Shown here: positions 11,490-26,264 of the stretch, piece by piece
Layout: every line of letters begins with the position of its first letter
How positions within the stretch are numbered: position 1 is the first letter of the stretch
Assembly (NCBI GenBank): GCA_030704615.1
Contig: CM060731.1
Coordinates: 68,510,001 to 68,574,000 of the forward strand
DNA: 64,000 nt
Direction: 5' to 3'
DNA from: Takakia lepidozioides
Taxonomy: Eukaryota; Plantae; Bryophyta
The notes under the pieces: generated by a model
The model's database searches: none
What the model was told of the DNA's origin: nothing
Seen by the model: only the letters and a program-made list of their open reading frames with translations
Position numbers and translations under genes: made by a program

Positions 11490-12150
11490 ACATCTCGCTT
11501 CATATATTGAGACAAAAAATTATGAGACCGAATCGGTGCACCCCTCCTCATCGAGGGCTTTCCAACGGCACCACGTACGAGGGCTGGCCCGCGGTTTGGG
11601 AGACCCCCGGTTTGGGAAATCTCAACGCCACAAAACATAACAACAAGCCGCAAACTACAAGAGGCTCTGGCCATTGAAACAACAATTTTGAGAAGTTGGC
11701 ACGTGGTTTATACTTACAAGTTTTTTAGACCAATCATACTCTTGACGTGGTGTAAGGTCCGTTGACCACATTTTCTCCATTGACTTCAATACGATGCAAA
11801 GTCTTTGCCTTGAAGGGACAAGCCAACAAACAAACTATATTACTTCATATATTGAAAAAACCAATTTTCTTTCCCATTAATTTATTGAGTAGTAATTATC
11901 CAATAATTGTTCCACAAAAGCCCACTTGCTATTTTTCACGAATTTCCAGCTACCAAAAGTACTTGAAATTCCATATCTCCCACACCATAGGTCCCAAATC
12001 ATGAGACCAAGCCGGTGCACCCCTCCTCCTCCTCCTCATTGAGGACTTTCCAGCAACCAAGCACCAAGGCTCGGGCCCACGGTTTGGGAGATCTCAACGC
12101 TACAAAACAAACAAATCAAAACAAACAAACAACCTTGCTTCATATATTGA
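11490..12150. repeat. Dispersed direct repeat (~130 bp), probable TE remnant
   Basis: TGAGACC..CGGTGCACCCCTCCTC...GGTTTGGGAG..ATCTCAACGC.ACAAAAC at ~11522-11637 and ~12002-12108. CTTCATATATTGA occurs three times. Confidence 0.6.
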
Positions 12151-13394
12151 TATTACAATGTTGTATATGGGTAATGATTTTATGCTAACAAGAACTTTTT
12201 GCTTCTTCTCTATTAATTGTACAATCTAAAATAGAGATTTATCAATAGACTACAAATACACATCGGCGTACTCTATAATAGATAGATATTTGTAAGAATA
12301 GGAACACTGATCTTGCAAAGCAAGCCAAACTTATGAGCCCACGCTACCCCCAAAAACTCTCCTGCGCTCTCATTTGAATACTGCGTAATGCGTAGACTGC
12401 ACCACATGGGTCCTTACTTTGAGTCCATCAGAGACATACAGACAGCAACAACATTTACTAAGTGTTTTTAGCTCAATTCCTGTCTCAAGGATGCACCACC
12501 ACCTCTGATTTTTGCATTTTGTATGAATAAACCTGGTCTATGCCATCCAATATCCCATCATTTGATCTGAGCCCGAAAACAAATCTGAGTCTGACAGTGA
12601 CAACCTCCAAATGCTCACATCAAAATGGATTAGGCATACTCCTTATGGTCCTGTGATGAAGCCTAAGAAATGGAGTCTGAAGTCCTTAGTGGCAGCTACA
12701 GCACAGTGGTGTAGGCAAAGCACCCTGGAGAGCTGGAACAGCGCAATAATGTTCCTAAATTGTGCATATGAACAATGCAGGGTGATGGCAACCATGATTT
12801 TATAGTGGAGTTGATTAGCCACGTATCTCTTCCTTCATCCTCAGTGTTAGGCCCACTACCACCCTTTGCTTGTGGGGGTGAAAGTTCTGGAGCCACATAT
12901 TGAAAAGGCAACCACCAATTTTGCCGTTTCAAAATAGAAAAGGAACCATCCTAAACTGTAGAAGGAGAACCCTGAAAGGGAACCCCTCACAACCACTAAA
13001 TGAACTTCCTAGCACCCACCATGAAGAGGGAAGAGATGCCATGTAGTACATCTGGTAGAGGAAACCTTGCTTGCAAACACTGCTGGTGCTGCCATTCAGA
13101 CCTGCTGAGCTACTTACAGGCTGCCTGCGAAAAGCGAGAGTCGTCTTTCTTCATTCGATATGTCCAGAGCATGGTTCTGTCCATCATACAACTTGGGCCA
13201 GTTATGCAAGTTAAATTAGGTGATTACAAACTACATGCATCTCAGAATGTACTACCTTAGGGTGTGAAAAGATATAACATTGGCTATGATGTACCCTTGA
13301 GGCAAAGTCCCTGCAGGTTACTAACCCCTGTGGGGTGGACAGTGAGGCTTCGATCGCCAGAAGCTTTTTGTCACCTTGAAATTCCGTAGAGGAT

Positions 13395-13457
13395 GTACGT
13401 ATACGCCGTTTGCCGTAACCTTGTGGCATTGACCCTGCGTCCAGTTTGAGTGGAACA

Positions 13458-13492
<35 letters not shown>

Positions 13493-14342
13493 TACTCACA
13501 AGACGTTGTTTGCTGTAGCCTTGTGGCCATTGACCCCGCACTCAATTTGAGCGGAACACAAAGGGTCAGAAACTACCTTAGTCAGGGGTTGACACTGGTA
13601 GTATGACTAACCTTGTAACAGACAATTGATCCGAGTTTTCCAGATATCTTCTAGAAATCCCTTTACACAAGCATCAATCTGCTGTGTGTGGTTTGCCCAA
13701 TAACTAGGCCCCAAAAGGGCCTGGGCTTTTGGCTCAACCTCGAGACATTCAAAGTTGGTAAACAGAGGTTCAGGCACAATTCCCTTGGTGGATTTGAAGA
13801 GGACATCTCTCTGGTGAGTGTACCCAGGACAATGAATCAAAATGAACATTGTCTTCAGGTTGCCTACACAACGGGCATTTGCAATCCCCCTTTCCTCTCT
13901 GCTTCTCTTTGCTGTTCGAAGGTAGGCTTCCCGCACTGAGTTTAAATTTCAGTCTAGTGCCGAGGGTAGGTAAACCCTTGAGGTCATCCATGATGGCCTC
14001 TCCCATGTCACAGACTGGAAACAAGTTCAGGGAAGTTTTCTGCCTAAATTCATTTTCATCAGACAATTTCCTGGTAACAGACATGGCTTTGGACACTACA
14101 GCCTCTAAGTCAGATTTATCCAGCAGGGTCATGGCTTGCAGACTTAGATTCAGATCCTTGAGAATCTCTTCTACTCTCTTCCGCCTGGACTTAGCCTGTT
14201 TGACAGGGCGATCCTGCTTCCAAGATATAGAGTTGATTAACTTAGGATATCTGATATTAGTCATATGTTGCAACTGGCCCCACCATCTGACCTTGAATTC
14301 TTCTCGTCGGGAGCTTAAGGGAGGGATGCCAAACTCACCCTG
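13395..14342 (-). mobile_element. 5'-truncated RTE-X-like LINE in a (GA)n tract, plus an adjacent 3' tip
   Basis: C-terminal ORF remnant ending in a zinc-finger-like CPLCRQPEDNVH..HC and the 3' end GGTCAATGGCCACAAGGCTAC.GCAAACAACGTCTT.TGAGTACA-(CT)n. (GA)n on both sides (13461-13488, 14343-14366). Second 3' tip at 13395-13460. Confidence 0.85.
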
Positions 14343-14992
14343 AAGAGAGAGAGAGAGAGAGAGAGATTCATGAATTGCCTTGAGGTGCCCACCTTTCACA
14401 GCATGTGTTCACATAAGTTCTCAGGTGAAATTACAATGCAGTGGACATGGCCAAAACAACAAAAGGAGAAAGAATATCCTATCTTCGACAAGATGAGTCT
14501 GGATTGTCTTTGTAAGGATCTGTTGTTGTGACTGTGGGTTGGAACCTTCCAGCAAAGGGCCGTTGTAAGCATGAATTACCTCTGTTGGGATGACTGCATT
14601 GTAGAAGACAAGCTGTAAGAAAATAGAGGCCCAGAGACATAGACTTGGTCATGTGGTGACTGCACACTGGAACAATGCCCCAGCCCCCAGTTCCCCTCAC
14701 AGCCACCTGACCAGCACGGCAAGGCACTGGTCCGGGGGAACCAAATTCCAAAGAATTGGATGGGAGACCCATGCTACTATCATAACTAGGGTAGACCATC
14801 ACAACTGGGGGTACAGGAGGTCCCACTATTTGAAGCCAGGTGTCTTTTCCATGGCTGTTCATGGATGGCAAGGGGAAATGGTAACAGGCATGCCACCAAT
14901 TGGCACACAAAACTGTGAAAGCTGACACTGCTGGGCTCATAGGGGAAGATAGTGTGCCTGGAGGTGCTTGAAATGGTCCTCGTCTCCAGTAC

Positions 14993-17900
14993 CTACTGCT
15001 GTGGTCTGTAGGCATCTGGTCCCCTTTCATTAGAATCCCGCACACTTTCTGGATGGGGACTCTTCCTCCCTTCAGCAGAGCTGCACATTGCAGCACTCTG
15101 GCTTTGAGCGTGTGGCTCGAACTTATTGTGCTGCCTGCGCCCTCCGCCACGGTACCGTGGTCCATGAGCTTGATGGCCCGCATCACGATCAAAACCCCGC
15201 TCATTACGCTCCTGCTGGTTGTAAGCTCCATGCTGACTACCTCCCCTTCCACCAGCAGATTGCCTATTACGATAAAACATCTGCCGCTGCAACACACAAG
15301 CCATTAATGCAGGCCAACTTGTGTACCCTACAAATCCAAAAGCTCTACTCCACAACCTCCCTCCAAAGAAGAAAAAAGACTACAATGTCTGCAAAAGTCC
15401 CCTACAGGTCCATTTGCAAACCAGGATACTCATGTCGCCTTGCATGAACAGAAAAAGAAAACATTATTTATTATTTAAACATTACTTATTTATTTCAAAA
15501 GAAAACATGATTTATTAACATTATTTTCTTTGCCTGTGCACACCAGAGGAGCAGATACGCTTATACCAAGAGTTGATCTGGCAACAGGGGGACACAAAGA
15601 AGTACCGGGTTTGGTAAGTAGGTGCCGGTACCCCTCCGAGGCTTGGGAGATGATTCATCACTTCCAAAACTGACAAAACCACGTTGTTGATGGTTTCCTC
15701 CACCTAACGGCCCTGGAGAGTGCATCAATGGCACAGGCCCAGGACCAAGCCCATGTCCCATACGTGGAACCATATTTATATTTGGTCTGCCAGGAGATTC
15801 CCAAAAGCTCTGGCCCTGTAAATACTGGGCTGAAGGCGGTAGCAGCGGTGGTGGCAGAAGCATTGCACTTGGCAGGCAGTGACTTTGGCACCAGCGCCCA
15901 TAGTCCAGATTGCGCAACAGGTATCCAAAATTACTGCTCAAGAGGTCTGAATGCAAATCACTGGGCTCAGCAGCATCGTTAACATGGATGCCATCCATCC
16001 TAGAGTCTGTGCTTATAGGAATGCCAGCCGCTTTCAGCCTCTCCCCAACTCCAAAACCAATCTGCATTGAAAATTTTCTTTTTCAGAGATAGTCAGAAGC
16101 CATGTCCCAGAACAAGAATATGACACGAGCAAGTGACGCTCATGGCTGAAGAATACCCCTCACTAGGGATAGTACTTTCCTGTTCGAGACCCACGGGAAA
16201 ATGTTTTGGTGGCATAATCCAAATGCCTACATATTTCAATTGATTGTTGATGCATTCAGTCACTTATGTCTACGCTAGGGCCTGTCAGACCCCTCACAAT
16301 ACCTCCCAAATCCCAACCTGCCATATCGAAGCAACAAATTGCAACCAATAGAGAAATATATCCTCATACGTGTTGAGAGATCTCCATACTGACAGTTAAA
16401 GGTAACCAAAAAAGGAGTACTGAGAGGATCTGATCTACGGTTTGAGGGATTTTCAGAAGAGGAAACCAGAAACAAACAGCCAAGAAAAGAAAAACCAAGG
16501 CAAGACAAGAAGCAAGGACCAAAAAAGACAAGGATACAAACTAAACAACAAACACAGAATGATATTGAACCATTAAACTGAGAATGGTGGTGCAGACTTG
16601 GTGACTGTCTCTCACCAAGCCAAAGACCAAGAAGAACAACAACATGTATGGTAGCAACAAGTCACCAGCACTTCCCCACCAACTTCGCTCAGCTCCTGAC
16701 AGTGGGTATAGGTTTATCCGCAGAGCACAACCAACGTACTGAGTAATGGGAAAACTCAGTCATGTAGTTTGACTATCACTTAAACAAAGAGCGAGGAAAC
16801 AATCCAAAGAAGACCAAAAAAAGCACACATAAGAGGCAATAAGACCGAAGAAGAAAAAGAAGAGAATGTACTCATAGACGTTGTTTGCCGTAGCCTTGTG
16901 GCCATTGACCAAAATGAAAAGGACGACAAAAGAAAACAGACAAGAGGAAGAGATAAAGGGGTTAGTGACTCCCTGCAACCAATAGAGAAAGTATATATCT
17001 GCATGAAAGTAATGGACCTCTTAGTTGAATATATTACGCTTTATGACTAGAAACATTCACTGTACCTGTGGACTCATTATCACTCGCGCGTGGACTCCAG
17101 CAGTTTCATTTGAACCCTCAGCAGAGCCATTTGCATGTAGTAAATCCATTGGTTGAACTCCCACATCCCCATCAGGACTTTGAGGTATCATATACATGTT
17201 TGGAAAAGAATTGTACATAGCGAGATAATGATATGGGATGCCTGCAGTGAAGTAGGGAGGTGGAGTGAAAATAGTGTTATCCACTGGCCCATGCTGCAGT
17301 GAGGGACCAAGGTCCATGGAATCGAACTCAGTTGCCCGGGGGTAAAATGAGTTTGAAGGACCCACTGGGATGCCAACTGAGAGTGGGGAAAGATGACCAC
17401 GCACTGTCGGAGAGTGGGCCACCCTGGCATCTACAGCTGTTTGGTGCATTGCTGGGGGAGGATATGCAACAACTGTTCCTAAACCCAAGGAGCCTGATGA
17501 AAGGGGACCACTGTGTGGATGAGACAAGAGAGAGGAAGGAGGAAGTTTGGAATAGACAAGGGACCCTGAAGGGGCACCCGGCTGCTGAGAGAACGCCTCA
17601 CAGCCTGTGATGTTAGAGTCATCTATAACCATCTGTCCATGCCGCCAAAGAGAGCTCTCTGCAGGAGCTCCCTCCCTACATCGTACCACCTCCATGGTGC
17701 CATCCTTACCACTGCCCACTTTCACTTTGCCAAGAGTTTGTGTCTCTTTACCAGATTTGGACACCTTTTCTCCCAGTACTTTCTCTTCTGCTCCCCCCTG
17801 ATGATTCGTTTGCCCCCTTCTTGCAGGAAAATCATATTTGGCAGGTTCCCCATCTTGTCCATTGAAGCAATCCTCCGTCTGCTTATCATTATCCAATGGT

Positions 17901-20900
17901 GTAGAAGCACCCACGTCAAAACCATACCCTGAGAAATCCCCACCATTTTCCACTGGTTTAGGGTATCCATGAACCATCATCACTGCTGCTGCAGGAAAGT
18001 GAAGTGGGTTGGAAGAAATTGCAAGAGGGGGGACCCCTGGAGAGTAAGGATGGTCTGGGATTTGCAACGGCAGTAGTGAAGTTGTGCCTGGTACTGTGCC
18101 TGCACTACTGGTGCCCAAAGACCCTTGCTGCTGCTGGAGTTGTTCCTGGACACATAGTTGCAAAGGCTGAGAGAATGAAGAGCAGTGTAGGCAGAATTTA
18201 CATAACATTAAACTCAAGGTCAACTGCTGCCATGCTAATGAAACTGACACATTCCTCTTTCCTGCATCAAGGTGCAGTCTTTAGGCATGCCAACTGCTCT
18301 TTCTGATTGTAATTATGGGACTACTGTCCGCTTTTGACCTAATTTTGAACTCCCATTTGAGAGAAGAAGCACCTTCACTAAGTCTGCTGGCGGCCCACGG
18401 ACCCAGGTAGAACAACAAAGAACCACAGAAAACAGACCATAGACCCCCAGAAATAAGTATCTACCTACTCGAAGCTCAAGCATTGCATGAAGGTGGAGTG
18501 CCTCATGTAGGAGAGAAAAACAAATGATTGTGTCCACAGAAGCCCCAAGAAGAAAGAAATAAAGAAAAAAACTTGAATCCTTTAATGGGAAGCTCAAATC
18601 TTATTGACAGAAGGAAAGGAAAACTTTTATGTCCACAGGGAACCCAAGCAAGATGGAATGAAATTTGTTGTGCCAGAGAGAGAAAGAAAGAAGTAAGAGA
18701 AACTTAAAGAACATACACGAGGGCTCTGAGAGACAGAACCTTCCAAAGGTTGAAAGCAGACCTCAAAAGAGTGCTGCCAGCAATCAGGTTGTTGTTGTTC
18801 AAAAGGCGTCTCCTCTCCAAGAGGTGGAAAGCGGCTACTCATTGTACCTGCACTTTCAACCAGATGTGCCATAGCAATCCCTGGGATGCCCAAGAAAGGT
18901 GAGGGTGGCAAAGGGGGAGGCATTGGGCCTCGTGGAATTTTCATGCCAAGGTACGTGTGTGGAACAGGACCAAGACTGGAGCCAAGAGAAGAGTCCCCTA
19001 ATGAGGAGTTAGGGTACATGGTATGCATCCCTGGGGGTGGTGGTGGTGGGGGTGGTCCTAACAAGGGGTGAGCATTGGAAGATGAACCAGACATTGTCGA
19101 GGCCATGTGCATTGGTATTTTGCTTGGGTGGGCATATGCCATCTGGCTAAACGGGGATGGCTGCAGAGGAGTGTGCAGTGGTCGCGACACAGTCTCGCTG
19201 CTGGGGTCCTGACTGCTCCCTTGACGACCAGGATCAAAACTGCCTGCAGACTCCCCACACCGTGACTGTTCACTCATCCAGTTGCCATGGGGTGCAATCT
19301 CCTCTTCTGTTCCTGACATAAGGCTACTCTTTCTTGAAGATGCTGGGCTCTCAATGTAATCTTCTGTTTGACTTCTTCCATGCTGCACAATTCCTTGGCT
19401 GGCTGCTGCTGCAGCTTCTGCAGGAGCTTGTGATCCTTCCCCACTGTAATAGGTGACAAAGTTTGGGTTTGCCCCCGTATTGTTCCTACTCTTAGCTAAG
19501 AAAGCACCCGGCCTAGATGCAAGTTCTTCCATTGGAAATCCCTGCTGCATGAAACTCTCCCTTGGTTCACTCATATCCAAGTAGCTACTAGTGGGCTCCC
19601 TAAGGTCCTGGGCATTTCGAGAGTCCACACCAGGACTGCCAGGATTCCCATTATCCAAATTGGATCTCCTGTTCAACACCTTTGCTCTCCCCTCTGCTTC
19701 AGCATTTGTGAACACTACCCGTGTCTCAGGTTGCCTTGAAAGGCCCTCAGACCTCAGAGAGTTAGGTGCAGTTCTGCTAGGTCCAGGCTCTGAAGCTTGT
19801 AAATTCTCAAACTTCCGATTCAAACTGGAGCCAGCAGCATTGGGAATGGTTCCAGAATCTGTAGAGTTGCCTTTCATGGAGCTCGGTTCAGCCACTGGGG
19901 TAGAGGACCTCGTGCCCACGGCTGGATCCCCTTGCTTGCTGGTCACATACTTCATCCACTCTATCTGGTCAATGGGGACCTGTTGTCTCAAGGCACCTAT
20001 TGGCCAACCTGGCAAGAGAAAATTGGACCTGGGACTGTTTGCATGATATGACTCTGCCAGACCACTATAAAGGGAACTTTCTACTTTCTCTTGCTTGTTC
20101 CCCGTGAAAACAAGATCCTTGTGCCTGATAGCAGCACCTGCTGCATTGCGGGTCTGAGGCTGCTGGGAGGCAGGGTCAGGAGCATCAGGCCGCCGGTCAC
20201 TGCCATGTCGCTGTGTATTGGTGAAAAAAATGTCAAGTTCTCTACCGATGTTCTCCTTTGGACACTGGAGAATGCCTGCCAATTTGCGGGCTCCATAACC
20301 AAATGCACTGCGTATTCTGATAAAATTTCCTAAAAACAGTGCAGCCAACTGTAGTTCAGTCTTTAAGCAAGTGTCTGCAATGAGTGAACCTTACATCACA
20401 AATCCTCACTGAATGAGCAAATTGAAAGTCTGCAGTTGTCAACACCTTGTTGTCTCCCAGATCAATTTTTGGGATTTAGGAACCGTAAATAGAAGGGGCC
20501 CCTGGCCAAAGCTACATCAAGCATCCTGTGTTTTCGGTTCAAGACACTGAAGTAAAAATGAAGGATGGCCTCACTGTCAAATAGTTCACATGCAGCTTGC
20601 AGACACTGTCACAGAGAGGTCAAATCCACGTGTGAGCCTACCTTTGCTGACACTGCGGCCCAGATTGTTGCTGGTACGCAATGGATCAATGACATTCAGA
20701 AATTTCACAGCGAACGTGCGTGCCTGAGCATCCTGGCCTGCAGGGATCACCGCATAGGTTTCACTGCAAGCGTCAATGAAGGCCTTGGTAAGCAACAGCT
20801 CCCCTCCATCCCTCCGAGGTGGTTGGGCTGCAAACAACACGTCAATCACTGCTTTGAGGCATAGTTCATCACAAACAGGTGATGGGGCTTACAGTCACAT

Positions 20901-23614
20901 AGAACATGCAAGGCAACTTACCATCAAGAAAGGAGCATGCAAACAAGACAGGCCTCCCTTGTTAGGCAAGTTGTCTGATCTAGCCACACAAAAACCACCA
21001 ACTTCTCAGGTCTAACTAGTTCAACACCAAGAAAGCATGTATTGCCTACCGGCCACCTCTGGAAGGGTAGACAATGGCACAGGGCCCCAAAGGCTGACAC
21101 AGTACTTGTCCCAATCAAAATTGCTGAAAAATTGCAAGAATCTGTAGAGTACCTGCAAGGGCCACCAAAACCGTGACACAATCAATAGCCGGTTATGAGA
21201 GTAATCCTCAAAGGACCTATGTACGAGCACTAAAAATACATCTAAATTTAACTTCCTTTGCAGAGTGGACACCTATTGTGCTCCAACCCTTGAACTAGAT
21301 TCACATCTGATGACGATTGATCTTAAAAGTGCACTCACTGCAATAGGTTTCCTCATCCCCCATCTTTCCCAAAAGCTCACTGTGACTCCAAAAACTAGAC
21401 CAGATGAGTGCCAAAAACATTTACAGACGGATCATCAGATCATCCTTCCCAAAGAATTGTTCTAAAGAATGTGAAATAGCACCTGCAATGAAGGTAAAGT
21501 GGACTTTGCAATTTACCACAGCCAAACCCCACTTCAAGAACAAGAAACAGCCACAGAAATTAAACTGTCACGCAGTCCACACTGACCTCCAATGGCCCCC
21601 GCAAGGAGCAGTGGAAGACATGGAAGATGTAAAGAACCAAGGTCTCCAGTGCATAGGACGAAATGAGACCATGGTGAGCACCTAGTATGCGGCTCTCATA
21701 ATAGCACCAGGCTTTCACCAGTATGATGCTACGCTTAAATAAATGGTTGTGTGCTATTGCTCTGTCCACCTGCACTCCAGATTGTCCCCCTCCTGCAATT
21801 AGGAGAGATCTGACTTTATGCACAAGGCACCAGTGCTTGCTATACCTGTTGAGCACCCTGGCATCAAAGTAAGACAGGGAGACACTAGCAAAGCTCAGGG
21901 TCAGGTGGTGATGGTAAAACCCTAAGTCTAGCAATTGACATACTGGTATAACAGGCCAAATACGGCTGTACATTGCATGATTGATGAGCACACCCATTTA
22001 CAGATGTTGACAGCTTCTGAGTGTCAGGAACTTAACAGTCATGGATCCATACTTACCTCTTCGAGGAAGCAGAGGGTGCACAATCCACCAAGCTGATTGA
22101 AGGAAATATCCACCACAATGTTCTCCACAAGACATTTGATTAATTTTACCTGGCATTTGCAAACAAACGGCAAACAATAATATGCATGTGCCAGGTGCTA
22201 GATTTAGACACAAACACAAAGCAACCACCTCCTACTTCCGATACAACTGAAAGAGGGTGGTTAGGGAAACAGACACAATAAATTACTCCCTTTCAATGGA
22301 GAGACAGAGAGAGAGAAAGAAGAACGAAACAACCCAAAGAACTTTATGGGACCAATCAAGCAATCACTAGAAACTCAGACATAATTGCCGCTCAAAGTAA
22401 GAGAAAGAGAAAGAAAGAAATTTATTACACCATGGAGGCCCTAGGGACAAAGTAAAACTGTACGTTGAGAAAGAATAGGTGGGAAGCTGGTCTACTCAGA
22501 CACCCTCCCCTGGTCTGAAAGCACTTGTGTTTCTTCACCCCGTGGGTATTGCGGGGGGTCATCATGATGCCTATCGAACAGAATGATCTTCAAAGCTGCA
22601 TGGTGTGCATCCGTAGCGTAATTACAATTTCAAACACATTGCTGCACGTCACTGACCTCTGCATGGATGTACTGGACTTCTTTCACTCGAAACTCAGAGT
22701 AAGAGTTCTGCTCAGCTTTTTCGAGAACGTTGCGCACATCCTGTGCCCATGAATCTTTCACTTCCAGGTTTCGACTAAATGCCACAAGATCAATGTCCCC
22801 ATCAGGTAGATATGTCTTTAGCGGGACTGAGCCGAAGGGCAACACCTGTGACACAGAAATAGATGCAGTTTGGTTTCCTGCATTAAATCAACCTGTTGGT
22901 TTGGAAGGCCCTTCAAAGATGCCTGCCAGTTGCTATCAACACACAGGCGAAATTTCATTTTCTGCCAGCCCTAACAATGACAAAAACTCACTGCACACAT
23001 CATTGAAGGCATTAATAATGACCAATCAGGCAAGAGGAAGTTCACGCCAAGATTCCTTCAATCCTTCCTGTGCTCCAAATACAACAAGACCATAGACAGC
23101 CAAAATGGTTTGTCCTGTTCTACTGTCTGACACATCATCTAGCAAAGCTGGTACTGCACATGCTGGTCACTCAAGTGATCTATAGACTATCAATTCATTT
23201 ACCACAATTGACAGTAGAACTTCCATATGTGCATGTGCATCTCTGTAAAGCTATGCGTAGCCTCACTCCTCTTTACCAGGTTGTACGACTGAGTGCATCA
23301 ACGATGTAACTCAAACTCATCCTAGTTGAAGAGGGGTGGGGGGATACACTTTGTTATTGCTCAAAGGTTGTAGGATTGACCTGGCAGTCAAAGCATTTGT
23401 GAACGAGACCCTGGACATAATCAGCCACAGCTTGTCTTCTCTCCTCTGAGGGTCCTGTTGGCTGAATATTAGAAATGAGTCCAGCAGTCCAAGCTTCAGC
23501 CTTGGTCCACCAATCATCGTCATTCAATGTGGAGGAGGAAAAAGCGGCAGAAAATAAGGAGGAACCTTCCTGTGTGAGGCCGCTTGCCTGTGGCCTGCTT
23601 TCAGGATCGCCCAT
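14993..23614 (-). CDS. Plant nucleotidyltransferase, PAP/OAS1 substrate-binding-domain family, multi-exon
   Basis: Exons: 23614-23381 (..IQPTGPSEERR..DYVQ), 22845-22657 (VLPFGSVPLKTYLPDGDIDL, Pol-beta NTase motif), 22149-22057 (VKLIKCLVENIVVDISFNQLGG), 21769-21587 (LFKRSIILVKAWCYYESRILGAHHGLISSYALE), 21152-~21050, ~20828-20641 (LNVIDPLR.NNLGRSVSKG), ~20330-18762, ~18150-17085, ~16062-15606 (LDYGRWC, RRGTGTYLPNP), and ~15286 to a stop at 14993. A family-like LEFGS.GP motif follows in another frame. 5' UTR probably extends to ~24940. Confidence 0.9.
16866..16910 (-). mobile_element. RTE-X-like LINE 3' tip (intronic)
   Basis: GGTCAATGGCCACAAGGCTACGGCAAACAACGTCTATGAGTACATTCTCT on the minus strand. 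Confidence 0.8.
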
Positions 23615-25119
23615 GCAAACCACTGCCTCCCTAGGCACAGTTCTAGGAACTTTTTATGTGCTTATGTTGGGTCTTGTAGCTGGATAGGAATACAGGCTTT
23701 CAGGTCAACCAGGGAGTCCTGCATGTTATCTGCTACCACCGCACAATAGATCCTCCATCACACCTCGTCTTCGTTTAGAACACTAGGTTCCAAGCACAAT
23801 AAGTGGGGTTGAAGGACCAGGCGGAAGGCTGCCACTGTTGAGGGAGGGTCAGAGGGATCAGATTAGGAGAGATGTCCCTCATGTGAACTGAAGAGCTGAA
23901 ACAAATTGCACTCAATTCTTTAAACCAGACAGCTAGAAAGCTGGTAAGTTATCAAGTCAACAGGTCAACTAGCTTCTCCGGAACAAGAGCAAAGATAGGG
24001 TTTAACAACCCTCACTCAAGAACTGTCCCAAAAGTTTAGAGGCAGTAACCAACAACATACAACCAGGACAGAGTACACAGATTCAGGTTTCCATCTTCAC
24101 ATTCATACCCGTATTGGCAGTGATCCACTTGAATTGTACCTCTCGCGACCAAAATTGACAATGAAACCTAGACCATAAGGACTCTTTACATATACTCCTA
24201 CAAGGCATCAAACAGATTGATGAAGATGAAATTGAACGAAATCGCACGCTCATGCCATATCCAAGCTGTTCACTAAAATTAAAAGCATGGGGAACAGAGG
24301 ATGATGATTAATTTTCTCCTCGGACTAAGGCAGTTCCAGATTCAACGAAAGTCTTGAAAGTCGAATGTGTCATGAAAACCCTATTGTCCAGGAATGTGTA
24401 GAGGGCCAGAAATTTACAAAGTCATAGTCACTCGAAATGGCTCCTCAACTTCAGTTCACGAAAACAGACAGGACACTCAGTTGCTGACAAGAGTTCATTG
24501 ACAACAAGAACCAAAAGAGATACTGAGAGGTATGTAATGTATCTGAAACCACGCATGATACAGGCCCACTACTCCCTCAACTACTTCACACTCCGCAGCA
24601 TTAGATTGCAGTCGCTTCATGCAAACAGACTCACTGGAAGAAGGAAATTACTACAAGAAGCTCTTAAACCGACTGCAAATCACAGTAAACCATGCAGCTG
24701 CAGGAGACAAGCAAACTTGAGGAAATTGGAAGACAGCAAGATCAGAAATGAAAACCCTGGACTGGTTCAATGTTATCCAAAAGTTGATATGGAATACGGC
24801 GACAGAAAAATCATCTAGTCTGTGAATTCTAAACCTAAAACCCAATCCCAGAGCTGCTTGCTGCCAGCCTAATTGAAACCCTGCGCACACTGCAAGCGAA
24901 AGAGTACTGAGGATGGTGGACTGATGAGAGAGACGTCGCTAGGCTCCCTCTCTATTTACATATTGAATAATACAATACAAATACGTAATTATATACTATA
25001 TAATAGCAAAAATCATAAATAATATTTTACTTATTAAACTTTTAGTTTTTTCGGTAAACTAATTCTATTGTACAATTATGTTTCTATTTTTCTATTTTTC
25101 TATTTTATTATTTTTATTT

Positions 25120-25330
25120 TCGAAACCTGGGAGCGACAGCCCACAATTCAGGCCCTTGAGGAGGGGGAAAAATCAACCCCCTTTCATTTATGGGCCATGG
25201 AGACCTACAGGACGATCAACGCCCAGACATACCGTCACGGACAATCCCACACACGGGGCAGGGCAGCGGGTTTGAACCCCGAACCACCAGGGCGACACCC
25301 TGTTCACTGACCAGCTGAGCTACCAGCCGA
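25120..25330 (-). mobile_element. tRNA-derived SINE
   Basis: Minus strand has A-box TAGCTCAGCTGG and B-box GGTTCAAACCC, a unique body and an A-rich tail. The body is shared with the copy at 56760-56988 (CCCACAA.TCAGG). Confidence 0.7.
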
Positions 25331-26264
25331 TGTGCTGTTTTGTTTGTTACCAAGGAAACAAAATAAAACATAAAAAAACAGAACCAAAAGCAAAAAGAAA
25401 AAGTACGCTGATTCTATTTTATCTTGCAACATTGATTTTATTTTATTTTATTTTTGGAAACCGGATGATACCAGGATTTTCAAATTCTACTATTCGATTG
25501 TTCGAGGACGAACGTGTTACCGACGAACGTCGTGATTTGGACGGGATCCGTTTTCGTCACCAGACATCTAGGCTGAAGATTCAACCGAAAGGGTCTCGTC
25601 TACTAACGATCTGTTTCTTTCGATACGACCGGCTCAGATGGGGTGTATTATGAATCTGACGGTCTCCAGTGACCAATGATACTAAGAAATACAATGCGAG
25701 CATCTTTTGGGAAAAGAAAATAGATTCCATTTCACTGTACTGAATATATACCACGTCACCGTCATGTGGCCTTTTGACCTGGTATAGCCAGTTGCATGTC
25801 GGACGACGGCCGGATGGCCTTGTAAACAACTGCCACCTGTCGAGTCCATCCGGCACTTGCGCCCCGACAAGTCCGGTTCGGGGGAAATGCAACCCTAAGC
25901 CAAATCATCCACGGATGATGTGGGCAATTGGCGAAAGGCTTTAGTCAATCCCTGTGGCAGGCTCCTTCAAGCCAAGGAGGAAGATGAAGAGCAAGACAAG
26001 CAGATACTGCAAAAGGAAAGAGCAGGAAAAGCCTGAAAGAGTTCTTGAATGTGAAGCATTCCTTCGCATGGTGTACAGAAAGAAGGGCGCTAAACGTTGC
26101 TCTCTCTCAGCGTTTTCATAGGGATTTCCTCCAAAGAAGTTAAGGGTGTTTCTGTCAAAGCACTGCTGTATAGTATTGGACTTTCTCTTTCTCTTGCCTT
26201 TTCCATTCTGTCAAAATTAGGCATTAGGTCAGGTCTGTCATTCAGCATTTGCATCTTGTAGATC

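Noticed and set aside
25255-25330. Functional tRNA gene (also 56920-56988)
   Set aside because: A and B boxes are present but there is no acceptor-stem pairing, and both continue into a shared body. They are SINEs.
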